Shown here piece by piece: positions 7,140-14,588 of a stretch of 64,000 nt of DNA. The translations under genes and the position numbers were made by a program. The stretch is from NCBI GenBank assembly GCA_025934255.1, contig JAICYJ010000001.1, positions 44,425 through 108,424 on the forward strand, given 5' to 3'. How positions within the stretch are numbered: the stretch's first letter is position 1; each line of letters opens with the position of its first letter. The notes under the pieces are model-generated. The model did no database searches. It was given only the letters and a program-made list of their open reading frames with translations, and had not been told where the DNA came from. The DNA is from Thermoleophilia bacterium. GTDB lineage: Bacteria; Actinomycetota; Thermoleophilia; Gaiellales; JAICJC01.

Positions 7140-8306
7140 CTACCGGCCGCGGTATGCGGCGATCAGCACCTCGGCCACTTCGGGACGCGAGAACTCGACC
7201 GGCGGCACCTCTCCGTTGCCGAGCATCTCGCGCACCTTCGTGCCCGACAGGAACACGTGGTGGTCGGAGGGGTGCGGGCAGGTCTTGTTGGAGGCCATGT
7301 TCCCGCAGGTCTTGCAGAAGAACGTGTGGTCGAAGAACATCGGCTCGATGTCCAGCTCGTGCGGCTGGAACTCATCGAAGATGCGGTGCGCGTCGTAGGT
7401 GCCGTAGTAGCTGCCCACGCCGGCGTGGTCGCGGCCGACGATGAAGTGCGAGCAGCCGTAGTTCTTGCGACACAGTGCGTGCCACACGGCCTCCCGGGGG
7501 CCGGCGTAGCGCATCGCCGCGGGGAACACCCCGAGCACGGTGCGGTCGGCCGGGTAGTAGCTCTGCAGCAGCGTCTCGTAGCACTGCATACGCACGTTGG
7601 CGGGGATGTCGTCGCCCTTGGTCTTGCCGACCAGAGGGTGCAGCAGCAGCCCGTCGACGGTCTCCAGCGCGCACTTCTGGATGTACTCGTGCGCGCGGTG
7701 CACCGGGTTCCGCGTCTGGAAGCCGACCACGCGGCTCCAGCCCCGCTCGGCAAAGACCGCGCGGGTGTCCTTGGGATCGAGGTGGTACGCAGGGAAGGCC
7801 GGGCCGGGCCGCTTGAAGACCGTCACCGGGCCGCCCACCAGGGTGGGGCCCTCGGCGTAGATCTGCGCGACGCCCGGATGCTCCTGCTCGGTGGTGCGGT
7901 ACGTCCTGGCCGCCTCGTTCTCGCGGTCGACGCTGAACACCTCCTCCACGTCGAGCACGGCCAGCAGCCCACCGTCGGCGCTCTCCAGCGCCAGCCGGTC
8001 ACCGTCGGGGGCGTCGGACACGGACAACGTCACCGGCATCGCCCACGGCAGCCCGTTTGCGAGGTGCATGTTCTCGACCGAGGCGTCGTAGTCGGCCCGG
8101 GTCATGAACCCGGTCAGGGGCGACAGCGCCCCCGAGGCGATCATGTCCAGGTCGGCCGTCTGCTTGTCGCTCATCCGCACTCGCGGCAGCGACTCGGCCT
8201 CGGCCGCCAGGGCCGCCGCCTCATCACCGCTGACGGTGCGGTCGATCAGCTCGCCGCCGTGCGGCGCGATCACGTTCGACTTCGTCGATGCGGTCGCCTC
8301 CGGCAT
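7140..8306 (-). CDS. sat: Sulfate adenylyltransferase (ATP sulfurylase), homo-oligomeric Sat type
   Basis: 388 aa. Contains GFQTRNPVHRAHEYIQ and FIVGRDHAGVG, which are the ATP-sulfurylase active-site motifs. Confidence 0.95.
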   Translation of the reverse strand: MPEATASTKSNVIAPHGGELIDRTVSGDEAAALAAEAESLPRVRMSDKQTADLDMIASGALSPLTGFMTRADYDASVENMHLANGLPWAMPVTLSVSDAPDGDRLALESADGGLLAVLDVEEVFSVDRENEAARTYRTTEQEHPGVAQIYAEGPTLVGGPVTVFKRPGPAFPAYHLDPKDTRAVFAERGWSRVVGFQTRNPVHRAHEYIQKCALETVDGLLLHPLVGKTKGDDIPANVRMQCYETLLQSYYPADRTVLGVFPAAMRYAGPREAVWHALCRKNYGCSHFIVGRDHAGVGSYYGTYDAHRIFDEFQPHELDIEPMFFDHTFFCKTCGNMASNKTCPHPSDHHVFLSGTKVREMLGNGEVPPVEFSRPEVAEVLIAAYRGR

Positions 8307-8869
8307 CAGGCGACGGCCTCCTCTTTCTCGCGTGCGATGAAGCCGAGCTGCTCGAGCTGGGTGATCACGTGCTGCGCCGACTGCTCGGGCGAGCGGCCCT
8401 CGGTCTCGACCACGATCTCGGCGTGCTCGGGAGCCTCGTAGGGATCGGAGACGCCGGTGAACTCCTTGATCTCACCGGAGAAGGCCTTCGCGTACAGGCC
8501 CTTCACGTCGCGGCGGGCGCACTCGTCGAGCGACGTCGCCACGAACACCTCGACGAAGCGGTCGCCGATCATCTCGCGAACGGCGTCGCGGGTCTCGGCG
8601 TAGGGCGAGATGGCCGCCACGATCACGCCGGCACCGTGCCGGGTCAGCAGCTTCGCGACGAAGCCGATGCGCAGGATGTTGGCGTCGCGGTCCTCACGCG
8701 AGAAGCCGAGGCCCTTGCTGAGGTTGGTGCGGACGACGTCGCCGTCCAGGTGGTCGACCAGGATGCCGCGCCGTTCCAGCTCCGGGCCGACGATCTCCGC
8801 GATGGTGCTCTTTCCGGCCCCGGACAATCCGGTGAACCAGAGGGTGAATCCGTTGGTTTCATTCCCCAC
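8306..8869 (-). CDS. cysC: Adenylylsulfate (APS) kinase
   Basis: Contains the [18 protein letters not shown]-loop, [10 protein letters not shown] and [11 protein letters not shown]. The start is set at the GTG at 8869 (AAGGAA lies 9 nt upstream). The track extension to 8935 overlaps the cysH stop. Confidence 0.92.
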   Translation of the reverse strand: MGNETNGFTLWFTGLSGAGKSTIAEIVGPELERRGILVDHLDGDVVRTNLSKGLGFSREDRDANILRIGFVAKLLTRHGAGVIVAAISPYAETRDAVREMIGDRFVEVFVATSLDECARRDVKGLYAKAFSGEIKEFTGVSDPYEAPEHAEIVVETEGRSPEQSAQHVITQLEQLGFIAREKEEAVA

Positions 8870-8913
8870 GAGTATTCGTTCCTTTCGTTGTATCGTCTGA
8901 CGCGTTGTAGCCG

Positions 8914-9618
8914 CTAGTCGCCGTGCAGGCCGCACTCGACCTTGCCCGTGCCCTTCCAGCGGCCCGTGCGCTCGTCGGCGCCGCTGTCCACCGAGGCGGT
9001 GCAGGGGACGCAGCCGATCGACGGGTAACCGTGGTCGTGCAGCGGGTTGTACGGGATGCCGTGCCTCCAGATGTAGCGCCAGACATCGCGGTTGGTCCAG
9101 TCGGCCAGCGGCTGCACCTTCACAACGCCGCGACGCTCATCTACCTCGATTTTGCGGGCACTTTCCCTGGTTGTCGACTGGTCGCGCCGAATTCCCGTGA
9201 TCCAGGCGTCCATGCCCTCCAGCGCCTGGCGCAGCGGCGCCACCTTGCGCATCGCGCAGCAGCCGTCGGGATCCCGCTCCCACAGCCGGTCTCCATGCTT
9301 GGCCGCCTGCTCGGCGACCGACAGCTCCGGCTCGATCCGCTGGAACCGCACCGGGTAGCGCTCGATCAGCTTCTGGCGGGTCTCGTATGTCTCGCGGAAC
9401 AGCAGGCCGGTGTCGAACTCGACCACCCGCACGTCGGGCTGGATCTCCGACAGCATGTGCACCAGCACCGAGCTCTGCTTCTGCCACGAGCAGGTCAGCA
9501 CCAGCCGCGGGTGGAACAGCTCCACGGCCACGCGCAGCACGTCCTCGGCGCTGCGCGACTCGAGATCGTCGGCCAGGCGGGCTGCCTCGGCCGGGCTGAT
9601 GGGAAGCGTGGTGCTCAT
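8914..9618 (-). CDS. cysH: Assimilatory adenylylsulfate/phosphoadenylylsulfate reductase, Fe-S (APS-reductase) type
   Basis: The sequence from MSTTLPIS... contains DGCCAMRKV and SIGCVPCT (the CC...CxxC cluster ligands) and the C-terminal KVECGLH catalytic motif. The ATG at 9618 forms an ATGA overlap with the comA stop. The remaining N-terminal part of track ORF 8914..10170 is junk. Confidence 0.92.
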   Translation of the reverse strand: MSTTLPISPAEAARLADDLESRSAEDVLRVAVELFHPRLVLTCSWQKQSSVLVHMLSEIQPDVRVVEFDTGLLFRETYETRQKLIERYPVRFQRIEPELSVAEQAAKHGDRLWERDPDGCCAMRKVAPLRQALEGMDAWITGIRRDQSTTRESARKIEVDERRGVVKVQPLADWTNRDVWRYIWRHGIPYNPLHDHGYPSIGCVPCTASVDSGADERTGRWKGTGKVECGLHGD

Positions 9619-10394
9619 GTGGCGGTGGGGATGTCTCGCAGCAGCAGGTCCGGCAGCGTGTCGGAGCGCAGCCCCAGCCGCAGCGTCTCCAGCGGGATCA
9701 CCTCGTCGTGCGGGATGTTGCCGAGGTTGCACTCGGGGCCGAGGTGCCGGATGAACCAGGCCTGCTGCTCCTTCTGGGGCGCCTCGAACAGCAGGCTGTC
9801 GGCCGGGATCTCGTGCACGATCTCGTCGATCAGGCCGCTGCGCACCTCGCCGGTGCCGCGGAAGATGCCGGCGGTGCCGGTCTCGCGGGCCTCGGTGATC
9901 ACCTTCCAGGCGCCCGCCTCCAGCTCCTCCTTGATCCAGGCCACCCACTGGTAGGGCGCGAAGATCGAGTCCTGGTCCTTCGAGCCCACCTCGGACAGCA
10001 CCACGAACTCGTCGGCCAGGGAGCTGATCAGCTCCTGCTTGCTCTCGCGCTCCATCTGCAGGGTGCCGTCGGACACCTCCACGTGGGTGAAGCCGTGGCC
10101 GCGCGTCCAGCGCCGGAACTCGTCCACGCGGCCGCGCGCGACCGCCGCCTCGAGCAGGGTGCCGCCGCACATGACGGGCGTCTCGTAGGAGTGGTAGAGC
10201 TTCACCTTCGCGGACAGGTTCTGCGTCACGTAGGACGTGCCCCAGCCCAGCTTGACCATGTCCACGTACTCCCCGGAGGCCTCGAACATGCCGTCCACCT
10301 CGGCCAGGGTCATGCCCTTGTCGATCACGTGGGTGAGCCCGCGCTCACGCGGCTTGGACGGGCGCATCGGTAGGCCCAGGAACTCTTCGACCAT
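9615..10394 (-). CDS. comA: (2R)-phospho-3-sulfolactate synthase
   Basis: ERGLTHVIDKG, VDMVKLGWGTSYV, CGGTLLEAAV, THVEVSDGT and VVLSEVGSKD line up with the ComA family (PF02679) signature as I remember it from Methanocaldococcus ComA. Confidence 0.9.
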   Translation of the reverse strand: MVEEFLGLPMRPSKPRERGLTHVIDKGMTLAEVDGMFEASGEYVDMVKLGWGTSYVTQNLSAKVKLYHSYETPVMCGGTLLEAAVARGRVDEFRRWTRGHGFTHVEVSDGTLQMERESKQELISSLADEFVVLSEVGSKDQDSIFAPYQWVAWIKEELEAGAWKVITEARETGTAGIFRGTGEVRSGLIDEIVHEIPADSLLFEAPQKEQQAWFIRHLGPECNLGNIPHDEVIPLETLRLGLRSDTLPDLLLRDIPTAT

Positions 10395-10397
10395 GGC

Positions 10398-10985
10398 TTA
10401 TAACCTCGAGTAGATGGTTTCCTCGAGCCGCTTGCGCGCCTCGACCTGGACGTTCTCATAGAGCGATTCACCGTGCGTGTCCATGCCCACGATCAGCGGG
10501 CCGAAGTCCTTGACGCGGAACTTCCAGAGGCACTCGGGCATCAGGTCCTCCCACTCGACCTGCTCGATCTCCTCGATCTGGGTGGTCTCGAGCGCGGCCG
10601 CGCCGCCGACGATCGCCAGGTAGACGCCGCCGTGCTCGCGCAGAGGCACCAGCGCCTCCGGCAGCAGGCCGCCCTTGCCGATGATGGCGCGGGCGCGGTG
10701 GTCGCGCACCAGCCCTTCGGTGAAGCGGCTCATGCGGGCGCTGGTGGTGGTGCCGATGCACATCGGCTCGTAGCGGCCCTCGCCCAGCTTGCGCACGTTG
10801 GGCGCGGTGTGCAGCAGCGCCGCGCCGCGAAGCGACATCGGCGGCTCGACGCCCTTGTCGAAGATGCGGATCTGGGTGGCGTCGCGGATGCCGATGATGT
10901 GGCCCTGGACGGTGACGGTGTCGCCGGCCCGGAACTCGCGCACGGCCGCCTCGTCGGTGGGGAAGGTGATCTCGTGATGCATCAC
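10398..10985 (-). CDS. Class I Fe-S hydro-lyase beta subunit (fumarate hydratase / tartrate dehydratase C-terminal-domain type)
   Basis: 195 aa. Contains RAIIGKGGL, VYLAIVGGAAAL and PLIVGMDTHGESLY, typical of Fumerase_C. GTG 10985 and ATG 10982 form a GTGATG overlap with the alpha-subunit stop. GGGAGG lies just upstream. Confidence 0.88.
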   Translation of the reverse strand: MMHHEITFPTDEAAVREFRAGDTVTVQGHIIGIRDATQIRIFDKGVEPPMSLRGAALLHTAPNVRKLGEGRYEPMCIGTTTSARMSRFTEGLVRDHRARAIIGKGGLLPEALVPLREHGGVYLAIVGGAAALETTQIEEIEQVEWEDLMPECLWKFRVKDFGPLIVGMDTHGESLYENVQVEARKRLEETIYSRL

Positions 10986-11902
10986 GCCTCCCGGTCGTAG
11001 TCGACGGTGCCGTCACTGAAGATGTGGGCGCTGGCGCGGCGGGCCGCCCAGCACTGGTAGTTCACGGCCACCGGATTCAACGTGATGTGGGTGTGGGCCT
11101 GCTCGACGTGCACCGACAGCACGGTGGTGTCGCCGCCCAGCCCCATCGGGCCGATGCCGGTCTCGTTCAGCAGCTCGAACAGCTCGCGCTCCAGCGCGGC
11201 CACGTCCGGATCCGGGTTGACATCGTCCACCGGCCGCGCGATCGCCTCCTTGGCCAGGTGCATCGCCAGGTCGGCGGAGCCGCCGATGCCGACGCCGACG
11301 ATGCCGGGCGGGCAGGGCTTGCCGCCGGCGCCGACGATCGAGTCGAGCACGAACCGCTTGATCGCCGAGACGCCGTCGGCCGGCACCAGCATCTTCAGAA
11401 AGCTCATGTTCTCGGAGCCCGATCCCTTGGGGATGCACTTCACGTCCAGGCCGTCCCAGTCCGGCACGAACTCCCAGTGGATGTGGGGGATCTTGTGGCC
11501 GGTGTTGTCGCCGGTCGGCACCCGGGTGAGCGTGTGCACGGTGTTCGAGCGCAGCGGGTGCTCCAGCGTGGCGCGGCGGGTACCCTCGCGCAGGGCCTGC
11601 TCGATGCGGGCCGGGTGCAGCGGGAAAAGCTCGCCCAGGCGCACGTAGTAGACGGCCAGGCCGGTGTCCTGGCAGACCAGGTTCTGGCGCTCGTCGGCCA
11701 CCGAGACGTTGGTGTTGATCGTCTCCAGGATGCGCTTGCCAACCTTGTGGGTCTCGGTCTCCATGGCGTTTCGGAGGGCGTCGCGCAGGTCCTGGGGGAT
11801 GTCCTTCAGCGACCACACGTAGAGGTGCGCGGCGGCGTCCTCGACGGTCTGCTGCAGGTCTGTGGTGGTGTCGATGGCCAAGGTGATCCTTTCAGCGGGC
11901 AT
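10982..11902 (-). CDS. Class I Fe-S hydro-lyase alpha subunit (fumarate hydratase / tartrate dehydratase N-terminal-domain type)
   Basis: Contains LVCQDTG, GGKPCPPG and NYQCWA (three cluster cysteines) plus IPKGSGSENMS. ATG 11902 is chosen as the start; the track ORF starts at GTG 11926. Either start overlaps the flavoprotein stop at 11892. Confidence 0.88.
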   Translation of the reverse strand: MPAERITLAIDTTTDLQQTVEDAAAHLYVWSLKDIPQDLRDALRNAMETETHKVGKRILETINTNVSVADERQNLVCQDTGLAVYYVRLGELFPLHPARIEQALREGTRRATLEHPLRSNTVHTLTRVPTGDNTGHKIPHIHWEFVPDWDGLDVKCIPKGSGSENMSFLKMLVPADGVSAIKRFVLDSIVGAGGKPCPPGIVGVGIGGSADLAMHLAKEAIARPVDDVNPDPDVAALERELFELLNETGIGPMGLGGDTTVLSVHVEQAHTHITLNPVAVNYQCWAARRASAHIFSDGTVDYDREA

Positions 11903-13106
11903 CCGCGGCGGCGGCGCGGCCGGCACGGCGCCCGAACACGGTGCAGTCGAGCAGGGAGTTCCCCATCATGCGGTTGCGGCCGTGCACGCCGCCGGTGATC
12001 TCACCGGCTGCGAACAGGCCCTCGACGGTGGTGCGGCCGTCCCGGTCGATCACCAGCCCGCCGTTCTGGTAGTGAAGCACGGGATAGGTCAGGATCGGCT
12101 CGGTCAGCGGGTCGATCCCGGCGTGGCGGTAGCGCCGCATCATGTAGGGCAGCACCTGGTCGGCCACCTCCGCCTCGATCTGCGTGGTGTCGAGCAGCAC
12201 CGCCGGGCGGCCGTCCGGCGTGGTCAGACCGCGGCCCTCGTCGCACTCCTTCACGATCGCCTCCGCCACCGTGTCGCGCGGCGCCAGCTCGTCGATGAAC
12301 CGCTCCCCCTTGCCGTTCACCAGCAGCGCGCCGTAGCTGCGCGTGGTCTCGGGGATCGAGTAGCCCTGCAGCGGTGGCGGCCAGGCGCCGCCGTTGGGGT
12401 GGTGCTGCAGCGAGTCCTCGTCGCGGGCCGCCGCTCCCAGCTCGCGGGCCAGCGCCGCCACCTCGCCGGTGGCGCCGGGCTGGTTGGTGGTGAGAACGCC
12501 ACGGCGGCTGGCTTCCGCATAGCAGCGGCCGCCGGCCGCCAGCACGACGGTGCCGGCCGCGATCGTGGCCGTCTGCCCCTCGCAGTCGACCGTCGCCGTG
12601 AAGTGGCCATTGGGCTTCGCGAACGCCGTCAGCGCCGCGTGACCGTGGATCTCGACGCCCTCGGCGGCCAGCGCGCCGCGCAGCGCGTGGGCGATGGCGT
12701 GGCCGGTGCGGTCGCCCACCTGCAGCAGGCGCCTGGTGGACGCGCCGCCGCAGCGGGCCAGCCGGTAACCGTCGCCCTCGCGTGAGAACTCGACGCCCAG
12801 CTGCTCCAGCCAGGCGATCGCCTCCGGCGCCTCCCCCGTCAGCACCGACACCAGCTCCATGTCGGCCGTGTCGTGCGAGGAGCGGTAGACGTCGGCGGCG
12901 TGCTGCTCGGGTGAGTCGTCGCCGCCGATGGCGGCCTGGATGCCGCCCTGGGCCTTGCCGGTGTTACAGGAGGCGGGCGAGCCCTTGGTGATCAGCACCG
13001 TCCGCGCGCCCTCACGGGACGCCGCCCACGCCGCGGCCAGGCCGGCGCCGCCGCTGCCGACCACGAGCACGTCCGCGCGTGTCGGAAGTGAGCTCACGGG
13101 CCGCAT
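11892..13106 (-). CDS. Soluble FAD flavoprotein of the succinate dehydrogenase / fumarate reductase / L-aspartate oxidase family (FAD_binding_2), lacking the C-terminal domain
   Basis: Contains the DVLVVGSGGAGLAAA dinucleotide fold, AQGGIQAA, DRTGHAIAHAL, LQHHPNGG, ELAPRDTV, LHYQNGGL and GEITGGVHGRNRMMGNSLLD. It is only 404 aa, and no Fe-S or cytochrome partner gene is adjacent. Confidence 0.85.
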   Translation of the reverse strand: MRPVSSLPTRADVLVVGSGGAGLAAAWAASREGARTVLITKGSPASCNTGKAQGGIQAAIGGDDSPEQHAADVYRSSHDTADMELVSVLTGEAPEAIAWLEQLGVEFSREGDGYRLARCGGASTRRLLQVGDRTGHAIAHALRGALAAEGVEIHGHAALTAFAKPNGHFTATVDCEGQTATIAAGTVVLAAGGRCYAEASRRGVLTTNQPGATGEVAALARELGAAARDEDSLQHHPNGGAWPPPLQGYSIPETTRSYGALLVNGKGERFIDELAPRDTVAEAIVKECDEGRGLTTPDGRPAVLLDTTQIEAEVADQVLPYMMRRYRHAGIDPLTEPILTYPVLHYQNGGLVIDRDGRTTVEGLFAAGEITGGVHGRNRMMGNSLLDCTVFGRRAGRAAAADAR

Positions 13107-13121
13107 TGTACAGAAGAAAAC

Positions 13122-13529
13122 CTAATCTTGAAAATAAGCGGAGCTTATATCCTGGATCTCCGCGAGGTCACCGGGAGCCGGGCGCCAGGGCAGCACCAGC
13201 GGGTCGCCGTGGTAGCGCGGGATCACGTGCACGTGGTAGTGGAAGACCGTCTGCCAGGCGGCCGCACCATTGGATTGCATGATCGTGACGCCGTCCGCCG
13301 CAAGGCCCGACAGGGCCCGGCCGGCGATGTCGCGCGAGACCAGCGCACAGTGCGCCAGGTCCTCGTCAGAGATGTCCTGGATGTCGCGGGCGTGGGCCCG
13401 CGGGATCACCAACGCGTGGCCGCGGGTGGCCGGGTTGATGTCCATGATCACGATCGCCCGCTCGTCCTCGTGGATGCGGATCGAGGGCAGGTCGCCGGCC
13501 ACGATCCGGCAGAAGATGCAGTCGTCCAT
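13122..13529 (-). CDS. HIT (histidine triad) family nucleotide hydrolase/transferase
   Basis: 135 aa. Contains CIFCRIV, the NPATRGHALVIP region and the triad HYHVHVIP. Confidence 0.9.
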   Translation of the reverse strand: MDDCIFCRIVAGDLPSIRIHEDERAIVIMDINPATRGHALVIPRAHARDIQDISDEDLAHCALVSRDIAGRALSGLAADGVTIMQSNGAAAWQTVFHYHVHVIPRYHGDPLVLPWRPAPGDLAEIQDISSAYFQD

Positions 13530-13569
13530 GGCCCGGATGCTATCGCCCGCTCCCCGCTAGGATCGCGCG

Positions 13570-14541
13570 ATGGAAACGGACCAGCGCACGCCGTTCGTGC
13601 CGGACGGCTTCGTTCCGCCCGCCGGCCTGGCCACGGCCGGCTTCGTGCTGGAGCCGCTCGGTCCACAGCACAACGACTCCGACTACGACGCCTGGACCTC
13701 CAGCATGGAGCACATCCGGGCGACGCCCGGCTACCCCGACGGCAGCTGGCCGCACCCGATGACGCTCGAGCAGAACCGCGGCGACCTGGAGCGCCACCAG
13801 CGCGACTTCGAACAGCGCAAGGGCTTCACCTACACCGTGCTCGACCCGGGCTCGCGGTCGGTGATCGGCTGCGTCTACATCTATCCCTGCAAGCGGCCGC
13901 TGCACGATGCCGAAGTGCTGCTGTGGGTGCGGGCCACCCACGCACAGCTCGACCGGGAGCTGTGGCGGGCGGTCTGGGAGTGGCTCGATCGCGACTGGCC
14001 GTTTCGCTCGGTCAGCGCGCCCGGTCGGCTGGAGGTGGTGGCGACCACCGCGCGCTGCCGGCTAGAGCTGCTGCGACGGCAGGATGCCGAGCCGCTGCAG
14101 CGACTGTACGGCGACCCGGAGGCGATGCGCTTCATCGGCGCCGACGGCTCGGTGCGCACGCCCGAGCAGACGGCGGCCGGCGTCGGCCGCCTGATCGACC
14201 ACCAGCAGGCGCACGGGTTCTCGCTGTGGGCGGTGGCCGACCGCAACGGCGGTGAGGTGATCGGCGTGGCCGGCCTGGTGCTGGTGGAGCTGATCGGCCC
14301 CGACGTGGAGGTGGTGTACGAGCTGGTGCGCGACGCCTGGGGCCGCGGCATCGCCACCGAGGTCGGCCGCGCCTGCCTGGACGTCGCCTTCGGCCCGCTG
14401 GGGCTGGGGCGGGTGGTGGCGCTGTCCTACCCGGAGAACGCCGCCTCGGTGCGGGTGATGCAGAAGATCGGCATGCGGGACGACGGCGAGTTCGAGGCAT
14501 ACGGACGCCGGATGGTGCGCTACGTGGCGGAGCCGGGTTAA
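13570..14541 (+). CDS. Tandem GNAT-family N-acetyltransferase
   Basis: 323 aa in two halves. The second half (LELLRRQDAEPLQRLYGDPEAMRF...VRDAWGRGIATE...NAASVRVMQKIGM) is a RimJ/RimL-like GNAT. The first half has a GNAT-like beta-strand pattern (FTYTVLDPGSRSVIGCVYIYP). Confidence 0.8.
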   Translation: METDQRTPFVPDGFVPPAGLATAGFVLEPLGPQHNDSDYDAWTSSMEHIRATPGYPDGSWPHPMTLEQNRGDLERHQRDFEQRKGFTYTVLDPGSRSVIGCVYIYPCKRPLHDAEVLLWVRATHAQLDRELWRAVWEWLDRDWPFRSVSAPGRLEVVATTARCRLELLRRQDAEPLQRLYGDPEAMRFIGADGSVRTPEQTAAGVGRLIDHQQAHGFSLWAVADRNGGEVIGVAGLVLVELIGPDVEVVYELVRDAWGRGIATEVGRACLDVAFGPLGLGRVVALSYPENAASVRVMQKIGMRDDGEFEAYGRRMVRYVAEPG

Positions 14542-14588
14542 CTCCGACTGAACGCCCGCTGAATGTAAGGCCGGTAACATCCGGCCCC

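Noticed and set aside
7134-8441. A 435-aa plus-strand ORF covering the sat locus. Many similar long shadow ORFs exist, for example 14538..15722(-), 18231..20288(+), 22527..24014(+), 44946..46115(+), 48846..49886(+), 52461..53984(+) and 60680..61957(-).
   Set aside because: Each is antisense or out of frame to an ORF that has unmistakable family motifs. All have the RxxR/PGR/AGG-rich composition expected from stop-codon depletion in high-GC DNA. I see no independent evidence that they are coding.
9615-10394. ComA as evidence for coenzyme M biosynthesis
   Set aside because: No comB, comC or comDE is present, and there are no Xanthobacter-type xcb partners nearby. A bacterial ComA alone does not imply coenzyme M. 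I kept the more general organosulfonate interpretation.
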